A stretch of 32,000 nucleotides of DNA from Caldivirga maquilingensis IC-167 (GCF_000018305.1 NC_009954.1:1290001-1322000), one strand, 5' to 3'. Shown: positions 8,130 to 16,765, counted from the first letter of the stretch. The notes: generated by a model not told the origin, from the letters alone. Numbers and translations: made by a program.

Positions 8130-9483
8130 GCTAATAGTATCCTCGTATAAGGGTAAGTCAGGGAAGACGCTGGTTACCTTAGCTATAGCGTATGCGTTAA
8201 GTAAGGCAGGCTTCACCCCATCACTCTTTAAGACTGGGCCCGATTACATAGATGCAAGCCTACACGGCTTAATCACCGGTTCACCCAGCAGGAACCTTGA
8301 TTATGTACTAATGGGTTACGGTATTGTTGAGAGGCTACATAGGTACTCCAGGGGAAGCGACATAGCCTTAATAGAGGGGGTGGCTGGACTCTACGATAGT
8401 CCAAGCGGTATTGATGAATATGGTAGTACAGCTCAATTATCTAAGATTCTAAAGGCCCCGGTGTTACTCGTCATTAACGGTGAGAGGATTAATAGGACTG
8501 CAGGAGCCTTGGTTAGAGGGTTAAGGCAATTCGACCCCGATGTTAAGCTTATTGGCGCTGTTTTAACCAATGTGGCTTCAAGGCAGGTGGATAAGTTGAG
8601 TAGAATAATTGAGGAGGAGGGTCTTCCAGTGGTTGGCTTCATACCAAGGGATGAGGAGGTGGAGGAGGTGTTTAAGTATAGGCACCTTGGACTCATGCAT
8701 GCTAGGGAGGTGGATGAGGAATGGTTAATGAATGTGATTGAGAAGGCGTCGGCACACATTAATGTTGAAGCCGTTCTAAAACTAGCCAAGGAGCAGTCTG
8801 AACCGGTGAAATTAAGCCTAAGCATTAATGACACAATACCCATCATTAAGGGGGTGCCTAGAATAGGAATTATGACTGGTAGAGCCTTCACCTTCTACTA
8901 CCCTGAAACAATAGAGGAGGCTTACACGCTAGGTGACGTTAAGTTCATTGACCCTGAGAGGGATGGTGAATTAGGTGACATTGACATACTCCTAATCGGT
9001 GGTGGCTTCCCTGAAATCTACGCAAGTGGGCTTGAGGGTAATAGGGCTCTTAAATCATCAGTGAGGAAATTCATAGAGAGGGGTGGTTACCTATACGCTG
9101 AGTGCGGTGGATTAATGTACTTAACTAATTCAATAATATTCAATAATAATGAGTACGAGATGGTTGGTGCCATTGATGCCTCAACCATAATGCTCAGTAA
9201 ACCAATTGGCCACGGTTACGCATCAGCAATGGTAATTAAAGACACCCCAATAGCACCCAGGGGCACTGTGTTGAAGGGTCATGAATTCCACTACTCTAAA
9301 CTCATACTTAAGGGTAATTATGAGTTAGCACTGGAGTATGAGAGGGGTTTTGGGGTTAATGGTAAGGATGGGTTCCTAATAAACAATGCCTATGCCCATT
9401 ACCTGCACATTCACCCATACACGTACAGTGTGTTGAATAGTATTGTTAAGTCATGGAGCCTTAACCCTACTTCTCAACCTTAA
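8104..9483 (+). CDS. cbiA: Cobyrinate a,c-diamide synthase
   Basis: N-terminal CobQ/CobB/MinD-type ATPase (KGKSGKTLVTLAI, GPDYID) and a C-terminal glutamine amidotransferase with the nucleophile motif AECGGLMYL and HEFHYS. Alternative starts are 8101 (GTG) and 8110 (ATG). The 5' end overlaps the upstream methyltransferase. Confidence 0.88.
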   Translation: MVMELTIPRLIVSSYKGKSGKTLVTLAIAYALSKAGFTPSLFKTGPDYIDASLHGLITGSPSRNLDYVLMGYGIVERLHRYSRGSDIALIEGVAGLYDSPSGIDEYGSTAQLSKILKAPVLLVINGERINRTAGALVRGLRQFDPDVKLIGAVLTNVASRQVDKLSRIIEEEGLPVVGFIPRDEEVEEVFKYRHLGLMHAREVDEEWLMNVIEKASAHINVEAVLKLAKEQSEPVKLSLSINDTIPIIKGVPRIGIMTGRAFTFYYPETIEEAYTLGDVKFIDPERDGELGDIDILLIGGGFPEIYASGLEGNRALKSSVRKFIERGGYLYAECGGLMYLTNSIIFNNNEYEMVGAIDASTIMLSKPIGHGYASAMVIKDTPIAPRGTVLKGHEFHYSKLILKGNYELALEYERGFGVNGKDGFLINNAYAHYLHIHPYTYSVLNSIVKSWSLNPTSQP

Positions 9484-10129
9484 CACCCCTCCTGGGCTTA
9501 TGCCTCTCCTCAATACCCCTAAACCTCTCCTCCAGCCATGGATCCCCATTATCGTGGTAACCCAACGCTTCCCAGTAACCTAATTGAACCTCATCAATAA
9601 GCCTCACCTCCTTAATGTACTTAGCTGACTTCCAACCATACCTACTGGGTATCACTAACCTGAGGGGGAATCCATGATCCCTACTTAATATTGACCCATT
9701 CATAGCGTAGGCCACTATTGACGTATCCTCCATTAATGCGCTAATGGGTATGTTGGTTGTGTAACCATCAGCCCCAATCACTAAGGCATACCTTGCATTA
9801 GTAAGGGGCTTAGGTGCAATATCCTTCACCTTAACACCCCTCCAAGACACATTACTAATACTCCACCCAGTGACGCAGTGGAAGTCAGCGGTAAGATCCA
9901 CGCACGGTAACTTAGTTAGAATATCCAGGTAACTAACCTTAACCTCCCTCTCCACTAGGCCTGTGAATGATAATTCATAGTCCTCAAGCCTTACATCAGG
10001 TGGATCATAGACATTATATATAATGAATCCCTTAATCCTCCTCTGCTCAGGGGGCCACTCCCTACTATACGTAACCCTACTGCACTCCCTACTTAACGCC
10101 AACTTAAATACCTCATCCCAATTAACCAT
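9467..10129 (-). CDS. Molybdopterin-binding oxidoreductase (sulfite-oxidase/YedY-fold catalytic domain)
   Basis: DLTADFHCVTGWSISNVSWRGVKV (the Mo-ligand Cys context) and GFPLRLVIPSRYGWKSAKYI are typical of the Oxidored_molyb domain. No signal peptide is evident. Confidence 0.8.
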   Translation of the reverse strand: MVNWDEVFKLALSRECSRVTYSREWPPEQRRIKGFIIYNVYDPPDVRLEDYELSFTGLVEREVKVSYLDILTKLPCVDLTADFHCVTGWSISNVSWRGVKVKDIAPKPLTNARYALVIGADGYTTNIPISALMEDTSIVAYAMNGSILSRDHGFPLRLVIPSRYGWKSAKYIKEVRLIDEVQLGYWEALGYHDNGDPWLEERFRGIEERHKPRRGVKVEK

Positions 10130-10234
10130 TAAGCCACTGGAGTTAAAAAACCCCCTTAAATACTAAACTGAGTTACCACTGATTAATTAATTCATTAATA
10201 TCATAATTTAAATTAGGCAGTGGAGTAGGGGCTT

Positions 10235-10957
10235 ATGCTGAGTGGGAAGAGGGTAATCATAGCTGGGGCTGGGCCTGGCCTAGGTTCAGCAACAGCCTAC
10301 CTGGCCTTAATTAACGGCGCATCAGTGGTTATGGTGGCTAGAAATGAGGAGAGGCTAAGGAGTTTGAAGGCTATGTTATCGAAGTACGGTAGGGTGGAGG
10401 CTGTTAAAGGGGACTTAAGCACCATGAGTGGTGCTGAGGATGCCGTTAAGAGGGCCTATGGAATCCTCGGCGGCATTGATGGTGTTGTAACTGTGCTTGG
10501 TGGCTATACTGAGGCATCCATTAGTGAGCTCACTGAGGATTCATTATTCAACATGCTTAGGGTTAATTTAGCAGCTCACTTATTCACGGTTAAGGCCGCT
10601 GTTCAATTAATGAACCGTGGCTCAATAGTCATGGTTACCGCAATATGGGGTCCATACTTGAATTGGCCTAATCGTGTTGCCTACGTAGCCTCTAAGGCGG
10701 CGTTATCCAGGGTTGTTGAGACCCTTGCCTCAGAATTACTCAGTAGGGGTATTAGGGTTAATGCAGTGGCTCCAGGGGGTATTAGGCGTGATTTTAGGCC
10801 TGAGAGGGATTGGAGGAGTACTAGGAGTATTGGTGATTCAAGTGCACCGCCTGAGGATATTGCTAATATAATTATTTGGCTGCTCTCGGATCAGTCGGAG
10901 TGGGTTAATGGCGCGGTTATACCAGCTGATGGTGGGTTTAGGTTGAGGCAGCGTTAA
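10235..10957 (+). CDS. Short-chain dehydrogenase/reductase (SDR)
   Basis: GAGPGLG nucleotide-binding motif, catalytic YVASKAA (YxxxK), and a PGGI motif. Confidence 0.85.
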   Translation: MLSGKRVIIAGAGPGLGSATAYLALINGASVVMVARNEERLRSLKAMLSKYGRVEAVKGDLSTMSGAEDAVKRAYGILGGIDGVVTVLGGYTEASISELTEDSLFNMLRVNLAAHLFTVKAAVQLMNRGSIVMVTAIWGPYLNWPNRVAYVASKAALSRVVETLASELLSRGIRVNAVAPGGIRRDFRPERDWRSTRSIGDSSAPPEDIANIIIWLLSDQSEWVNGAVIPADGGFRLRQR

Positions 10958-11568
10958 TTAATGTCAGGTAGGACACTAATCCTCCTTCTAAGCCAATTAT
11001 ACATACTCCACCAATCCAACTTATACAACACCACGCCTAATGCGGTGAAGACTATGGCGAAGATTAACTGGAATTCAAGCCTACTTAGGCCGAGGGTTGA
11101 TGTTACATTATATATCGTGTTCAGTAGGGTTAATTCAATGGGTATTTCAATGGAGCTTTTAATCAGTTTCCCTAAAAACACGTAGGCATTAAGCCTACTT
11201 AAACTAGCCCCAGCTGCCCCAGTACCCACGTAGATGTAGTCATCAAGGGGTATTCCAGGTATTACTGCTAACACAATTATGATTAACCAGAGGAAGCCTA
11301 ATCTAAGTAACCCCCTTAGGAAGATCATGTTCCTGCTTCTAGCCATAGGCCTCCTTAAGGCTACGCCAATTAGGTACATTGTGTTCTTAGCTAAGGCTGC
11401 TCCAAGGGCAGTAACAACTATGAAGAGTATTACCACTGGGGCATTGGGCTTAAGGTTCATTAACACTATGGATGCGTACACAGTGTAGGCTGCACCAAAG
11501 AATGGGGTAGCATTACTCACTAGACTAATCATGAACACTAATGCCGTATAGTAAAGCAGCGTACTCAC
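10954..11568 (-). CDS. Integral membrane protein (possibly DedA/VTT-like)
   Basis: 204 aa with 5-6 hydrophobic helices. GTG start with gctttatatgc TATA about 29 nt upstream. The family assignment is weak. Confidence 0.6.
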   Translation of the reverse strand: MSTLLYYTALVFMISLVSNATPFFGAAYTVYASIVLMNLKPNAPVVILFIVVTALGAALAKNTMYLIGVALRRPMARSRNMIFLRGLLRLGFLWLIIIVLAVIPGIPLDDYIYVGTGAAGASLSRLNAYVFLGKLIKSSIEIPIELTLLNTIYNVTSTLGLSRLEFQLIFAIVFTALGVVLYKLDWWSMYNWLRRRISVLPDIN

Positions 11569-11628
11569 AATGAGGTATTAGGCCTAATGCATATAAAGCA
11601 TTCCCTCTGGATTAATTAAATCAATGAC

Positions 11629-12774
11629 TTAACCACTGCATTCATCGTTCCTTAAACGCTCAATTATATCCATGAAGTCGACGCCTGGTATTATCTTCCC
11701 AAGTATAATTGGAGAACCCCCAGTTGCCTCAGTATTGCCAACCCTAAGGTGAAGCGTCTCATTAGCAATTATGGCGAAGCCTAACCCCTCCCTGGCTAAG
11801 TCATCTATACCATGATCCTTAAATGAAGCGACCCTAGGCGTTAATTCACCCAGTAATTCCCTTAAATCACCCATTAAGACAGGATTCCTAATACCTCCAC
11901 CACCAATGATCACTTCCCTAATGGGCCCATTTATGAAACGCCTTACCTGATCATAAATACTCTCAGCGGTGAACCTTGTAATAGTCCTGATTAAGTCATC
12001 CCTAGAATACCTACCTAAATACGGCAGTACCCTACTCCTCACATAATTTAACCCGAAGTGCTCCCTACCAGTGTTCTTAGGGGGTGGTTGTTTAAAGTAC
12101 TCATCCTGCATTAGCTCATTGATTAACCCCTTAATTACGCGACCATTGGATGCGTGTAAACCATCCTTGTCGTAGGGTTCATTGTAGAAGTAGTCGGTTA
12201 ACAAGTTAATTAGAATATTACCAGGTCCTGTATCGAACGCCATCACCCTGCCTTCCCCAATGTAAGTCACGTTCGATATCCCACCAATGTTTATGGTTAA
12301 TGTCCCCTCACTGAAGATTAAGGCATCACTTAACGCTATTAATGGTGCACCTAATCCACCTGCGGCAACATCATTAGTCCTAAAATCGTAAACCACTGTC
12401 TTAAGGGTGCTCGCATAAATCACTGATGCCTCACCAATCTGCAGTGTACCATAATCCCTCCTACCTAATGCAGGCCCATGATATACAGTGTACCCGGAGT
12501 AGGCGATGATATCATACTCACTCTTATTAAAGCTACCCACTACGCTACCTGCGAGAAATCTCCCCAAGTCCCAGTGAACCCTACTGAATTCTTCAGCAGT
12601 AATACGCTCCAGTGATGAGACTCTTAATAATTCCCTCCTAAGCCCCTCAGGGTAACTGAAGGATGTGTATTTAATTATCTTAAATTTCGTAGCCTTACCG
12701 CATCCCTTTAGGTCAATAAGTGATGCATCAGCTCCATCTGATGATGTTCCAGTGACAATGGATAAAAACCTCAC
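11629..12774 (-). CDS. AnmK/levoglucosan-kinase family anhydro-sugar kinase (UPF0075)
   Basis: Three family motifs seen: VTGTSSDGADASLIDL (compare GTSLDGxDAALV), AFDTGPGNILIN (DTGPGN), and IIGGGGIRNPVLMGDL (GGGxxN). GTG start with acttaaataatac TATA about 25 nt upstream. Confidence 0.8.
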   Translation of the reverse strand: MRFLSIVTGTSSDGADASLIDLKGCGKATKFKIIKYTSFSYPEGLRRELLRVSSLERITAEEFSRVHWDLGRFLAGSVVGSFNKSEYDIIAYSGYTVYHGPALGRRDYGTLQIGEASVIYASTLKTVVYDFRTNDVAAGGLGAPLIALSDALIFSEGTLTINIGGISNVTYIGEGRVMAFDTGPGNILINLLTDYFYNEPYDKDGLHASNGRVIKGLINELMQDEYFKQPPPKNTGREHFGLNYVRSRVLPYLGRYSRDDLIRTITRFTAESIYDQVRRFINGPIREVIIGGGGIRNPVLMGDLRELLGELTPRVASFKDHGIDDLAREGLGFAIIANETLHLRVGNTEATGGSPIILGKIIPGVDFMDIIERLRNDECSG

Positions 12775-12937
12775 TAATCATCATTTCATGCAGTATTATT
12801 TAAGTATTACTAGTGATGATTAACATCAATTTAATTAAACCATTAAAATACCATACTTCAGCCTCACATGACCACTACCGGTCTTTGGTTAACGAAATAG
12901 GGGTAATGCTTAAAAGAAATTACTTAATAATGAAGCT

Positions 12938-13816
12938 ATGTCACTGTTAGATATTTTTAGTGGAGCACTAGGTTATTTGTTCTGGCTCCTACTATTAGTT
13001 GTATTGATACAGCCATGGTTATCAATGAGGTCCATGCAGCATGCTAGGTTAAGGCTTATGGAGATTATTGAGCGTAAGTATGGTTATAGGGTGATAACCA
13101 TGATTCATAGGCAGGAGAAGGTTGGTTTTCTAGGCATCCCAGTTTACCGTTATATAGATATTGAGGACTCTGAGGCTGTAATAAGGGCCATTAGAACTAC
13201 ACCACCCAGCATGCCGATAATGCTCATACTCCACACCCCAGGGGGCCTTGTTTTAGCGGCATCGCAAATAGCAAGGGCCCTTAAGTCGCATCCAGCTAAG
13301 AAGATTGTAGTGGTTCCCCATTACGCCATGAGTGGTGGTACTTTAATTGCCTTAGCTGCTGATGAAATAGTAATGGATCAAAACGCAGTGCTTGGGCCAC
13401 TGGATCCTCAATTAGGGGGACCTGGTGGTGTGTATTACCCGGCTCCATCAATACTAAGGGCTGTTGAGGTTAAGGGTAGGGATAAGGTTGATGATGAAAC
13501 CCTAATACTAGCTGATGTTGCTGAGAAATCCCTAAGGCAGGTTAAGGAGTTGGTTATGGAGTTGCTGAGGGGGAAGGTTAATGATGAGAGGGTTGAGGAG
13601 ATTGCGGATAAGCTTGTGGGCGGTTACTACACTCATGATTACCCCATAACTGTTGAGCAGCTTAAGGAAATGGGGTTCAAGGTATCCACTAACGTACCAC
13701 CGGAGGTTTATGAACTAATGGACCTGTATCCACAGGCGAGAACAAATAGGCCAGGTATAGAGTACTTACCATACCCAACAGTACCTAGGTTCGCGCCGAG
13801 TGAAAGAAGAGAGTGA
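12938..13816 (+). CDS. Membrane-anchored ClpP-fold serine protease (SDH/'serine dehydrogenase proteinase' family)
   Basis: N-terminal TM helix (LGYLFWLLLLVVLIQ), then LILHTPGGLVLAASQIA…HYAMSGGTLIALAADEIVM, which is typical of this ClpP/crotonase-fold family. Confidence 0.7.
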   Translation: MSLLDIFSGALGYLFWLLLLVVLIQPWLSMRSMQHARLRLMEIIERKYGYRVITMIHRQEKVGFLGIPVYRYIDIEDSEAVIRAIRTTPPSMPIMLILHTPGGLVLAASQIARALKSHPAKKIVVVPHYAMSGGTLIALAADEIVMDQNAVLGPLDPQLGGPGGVYYPAPSILRAVEVKGRDKVDDETLILADVAEKSLRQVKELVMELLRGKVNDERVEEIADKLVGGYYTHDYPITVEQLKEMGFKVSTNVPPEVYELMDLYPQARTNRPGIEYLPYPTVPRFAPSERRE

Positions 13817-13895
13817 CCGAGGACTCATAGTGAATTACTATTCATTAAAGGCTATGATTACATTACCCTTCTCGATAACCCTTACTGAGCATTAC

Positions 13896-14384
13896 CTAAG
13901 TTGTTGATTGACTTAAACCCTTAGCGAACTCAACTAATGATTCAACATCAGGTAGATCCCTCCTCACTTGATCAGGCCTTAACCTGGCTTCATGAAAACC
14001 CTCAACATGCAGGAACCATGCCCGACCCCACCACCACCTCAACTCCCTTTTACCAACTTTATCTGATGCATTATCCACTGCATCAAATAATAACTGAGTC
14101 GTCCACCTACTAATCTCACTAGCCCTCTTAGCTTCCTCAAGATTCAAGGCCACTGCAATTGCCTTAATAGCCTCCTCCGCAGCCTTATACAGCCTCTCAC
14201 TGGCTTGAATAGGATCCTTATCAATGAGGTCCTTGCCCTCATTAAGGAATTTAACGGCTAACTCTAGGTGAGCCTTACTTACTGTAGCTGGGTCTAGTGA
14301 TAATGCCTTAGCAAGTAATTCAACTACATCTATACCATGCCTCTCCGCCTCAATTAATAGTGATTGAGGGATTGAATCAAGCAT
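13896..14384 (-). CDS. PaREP1-family protein (HEPN-like helical bundle)
   Basis: The pattern HLELAVKFLNEGKDL…ASERLYKAAEEAIKAIAVA…RWTTQLLFDAV…WWGRAWFLHVEGFHE matches the crenarchaeal PaREP1/PaREP8 family. Confidence 0.65.
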   Translation of the reverse strand: MLDSIPQSLLIEAERHGIDVVELLAKALSLDPATVSKAHLELAVKFLNEGKDLIDKDPIQASERLYKAAEEAIKAIAVALNLEEAKRASEISRWTTQLLFDAVDNASDKVGKRELRWWWGRAWFLHVEGFHEARLRPDQVRRDLPDVESLVEFAKGLSQSTT

Positions 14385-15070
14385 TTAACCCTAATTAAAG
14401 GTGCATTACATGCATTTAAACTTAGTGGCTTCTCCTCAACCTTATGAGTGTTGCGGGTTTAGATATTACTATTGTTTTAGTTGATATTACGCCGAAGATT
14501 AATGAAGAATAGGTAAATAAAATTGGAGCTTAATGCTTAAGTCATTGGCGTTGGTGATTAGAGTAATGGTTGAATTAAGGTTGGTCTATTAAGTTAAATG
14601 TACTTAAATATACTCACATAGCACAATAGCCCCTTGTGGCGAAGAACTAAACCTAGAGGTGGTAGGCTTCGATAAATAGCCTAGAGCCACTCACCGGCTC
14701 AGTGCTCAGGTGGTACATGAATCATTAATGTAAGCAATAGCGTCACTTGGACTGTAGGCATCACATTCCCACAAGGTGGCTGGGTATTCATTGACTGAAG
14801 TGATAGTGGCGTAAGTATAGCAAACCCAAGCAACTACACATGTACCTTCTACTGGGTCCTGTATCCAGAACAGTATCCTCAAAACATAGAGCCATGACCC
14901 TATTCACATAGTATAGTTCTATTATTAATGTACACTGGCGTTGTTTTATTCACGTAAATGACTTGGGTTATAGTACTTGTTAAATGCAGTGTATTAGTCA
15001 CAATACTTAATTATGGTGCATGAGTGCCTTCCCCTAATCAGCTATTGCTCACTTAGAGTAATAGTGAAAC

Positions 15071-15083
15071 AATATTAAAAATA
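15071..15083 (+). promoter_or_regulatory. TATA-like element for the orphan gene, bracketed by two AATAGTGAA repeats
   Basis: aatattaaaaata is centred about 30 nt upstream of the GTG at 15107. An identical 9-mer AATAGTGAA occurs at 15060-15068 and 15080-15088. Confidence 0.4.
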
Positions 15084-15106
15084 GTGAAGAGTGGTTTAGG
15101 TTATTA

Positions 15107-16534
15107 GTGGGGATTATGTTGACGCGACTGTATGCGAGAGGGGGAATAACTGTTGCTTTAATCCTAGCTGTTATTGCTATTATTACGGTGATTATGGTCA
15201 TGTTGATTCATAAGGGTTCTCAACCAGCATACTCACCGGTAACGCAACCAATTACATTGCCTAGTGGTGTTTCTGTGCTTGTCATTGGTCCACCCTCCTT
15301 TGTGGAGGATGTGGGGAGGATTATTCCAGTCGCTGAATCCTTCTCCGTGGACTCTATCCAGGAAAGCCCCGCGGGCTCCGTGGTCATTGTGGATTGGGAT
15401 TACCTAGTTAACCAAGTAGGTGTGAAAGGGGCTGTGAGCGACCTATCCATCTTATTCAAGCAAAATGACTTTATGATTGTTTATTCTAACGATTCGTTTT
15501 TGGCCGCTTATGAGTTGGGTAGGGCCTGGGCTATGGCTAATGGTGTTAATTTCACAGCTATACCAGCCGGTGTAGTGGGGTCATTCGTGGCGGCATTCGG
15601 TGATTCAAAACACCTAACATACACATCATTCAACAAACCCACAGAGTTACTAGGAGCCATAGCCAAGTACCTGGAGCTAAAGCAATCATGGCAAGGAACC
15701 GGGCAAGGCTACTCATTCTCACCAACAAGGGTACTACTACAGTCCAATCAACAACCAACTCCCGATCCCTGCTACCAATATGGAACACAGGAAGGCAGCA
15801 GTAACGGCATACTATTCGATTATCTTCCGCAGTACAACGGTGTAACTGGTGAAGCCTATTCGGACGGTAATGGGACCTTCTACTACGACACATGCATATT
15901 CATATATATATATGGAATTTACTATGCGGCTGATGGTACCCCAAGCATGGACGTTGTTCCAGCCGTCTGGATTGCGTATGTACCATCAAGTACCATGGTG
16001 AATAATGGCGGTTACATAAACTACTACGTGGGGACCATTGACCATGAAAAAGGGTATGAGGCGTACGAAGAAGGCATCACTAATTCACACATAGACTTCG
16101 CCGGTGGCTACAGCCCAGGAAGCGCATCGGGAGAATCCCCGTTAACCGTTAACATAAATTACGAAAACACTGGAGGAGCTACTGTTAACAATACATGGAC
16201 CTTCACCTTCTCAGGATACCCCAACGCCGGTCAAACATACAGCGTGGCCTACATGGATGATTCTGCCTGGATGTTAACTCAAGGTACTAATAATGAAAAC
16301 ACCGCATTGTTAGGTAATGAAATTGGCGTTAATTTAGTGACGAGTGCTCAATACTACGTATGCTTTGATATTCTTAATTACGAATACATGTATGTTAATT
16401 TCACGTGGCTCCTCATCTATAATCCAGGACAAAAACCCACATACAACGCCACAACCCACCCAACAACAAGTGATCCATTCATAACGGGTATAACATCATA
16501 CTCACAATACATACCCATACCCTGCATAGGCTAA
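15107..16534 (+). CDS. Orphan membrane-anchored/secreted protein, Tyr/Asn/Thr/Gly-rich, probably N-glycosylated
   Basis: 475-codon ORF. The N-terminus has a basic stretch (LYARGG) followed by a 23-residue hydrophobic helix. At least six N-x-S/T sequons were found by eye (NDS, NFT, NGT, NNT, NFT, NAT). No family recognised. Confidence 0.65.
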   Translation: MGIMLTRLYARGGITVALILAVIAIITVIMVMLIHKGSQPAYSPVTQPITLPSGVSVLVIGPPSFVEDVGRIIPVAESFSVDSIQESPAGSVVIVDWDYLVNQVGVKGAVSDLSILFKQNDFMIVYSNDSFLAAYELGRAWAMANGVNFTAIPAGVVGSFVAAFGDSKHLTYTSFNKPTELLGAIAKYLELKQSWQGTGQGYSFSPTRVLLQSNQQPTPDPCYQYGTQEGSSNGILFDYLPQYNGVTGEAYSDGNGTFYYDTCIFIYIYGIYYAADGTPSMDVVPAVWIAYVPSSTMVNNGGYINYYVGTIDHEKGYEAYEEGITNSHIDFAGGYSPGSASGESPLTVNINYENTGGATVNNTWTFTFSGYPNAGQTYSVAYMDDSAWMLTQGTNNENTALLGNEIGVNLVTSAQYYVCFDILNYEYMYVNFTWLLIYNPGQKPTYNATTHPTTSDPFITGITSYSQYIPIPCIG

Positions 16535-16669
16535 TGAAAATAACACACAACTGAGCTTACTTAAGGTTCCTTAAAGCCTTGAGCCGGTTGACAATGCTTA
16601 AGTTGCTTATAGCCTTACGTTGCAAATCCGCATGGAGGTGGTCTATAAAACGAAGCCATCTTAAGTATT

Positions 16670-16745
16670 TGGTAGCCGGGCCCGGATTCGAACCGGGGTC
16701 AGTGGGTCCAGAGCCCACCATCCTTGGCCGCTAGACGACCCGGCT
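16670..16745 (-). tRNA. tRNA-Gln (anticodon CUG), genomically encoded CCA
   Basis: The reverse complement folds as AGCCGGG-TC-GTCT-AGCGGCCAA-GGAT-G-GTGGG-CTCTGGA-CCCAC-TGAC-CCCGG-TTCGAAT-CCGGG-CCCGGCT-A-CCA. It forms a full cloverleaf with a 7-nt anticodon loop whose anticodon is CTG. Confidence 0.93.
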
Positions 16746-16765
16746 CACTGAAGACAATGAGCAAG

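Noticed and set aside
12775-12830. C-box-like GTGATGA (plus strand) and ATGATGA (minus strand) in the AnmK/protease divergent region, as possible C/D sRNAs.
   Set aside because: The plus-strand box has no downstream C' or CUGA D box. The minus-strand candidate needs a D box inside the AnmK coding region and has no D'/C' pair. Both are more simply explained as promoter-region sequence.
14640-14715. A tRNA-like or att-site-like fragment: …ctagagccactcaccggctcagtg… resembles the 5' end region of tRNA-Gln (…ctagacgacccggctcactg…). This suggested an integrated element bounded by the tRNA at 16670-16745.
   Set aside because: Only about 8-11 contiguous matching nt. There is no cloverleaf, and no integrase or other element genes lie between the two sites. 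The match is too short to distinguish from chance.
14788-14895. 35-codon ATG ORF on the minus strand (MALCFEDTVLDTGPSRRYMCSCLGLLYLRHYHFSQ*).
   Set aside because: It is very short, shows no recognisable features, and overlaps the somewhat better 58-codon ORF in another frame. It cannot be supported from sequence alone.
15630-15893. 87-aa minus-strand ORF inside the orphan gene (Arg/Cys/His-rich).
   Set aside because: It is an antisense artefact of the A/C-rich second half of the 475-aa ORF. It has no promoter-like element and no recognisable motif.
16535-16669. Palindrome cttaagg-tt-ccttaaag and a 14-codon ORF between the orphan gene and tRNA-Gln.
   Set aside because: The palindrome has a 2-nt centre, so it cannot form an RNA hairpin, and no T-tract follows it. 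The ORF is too short to support.
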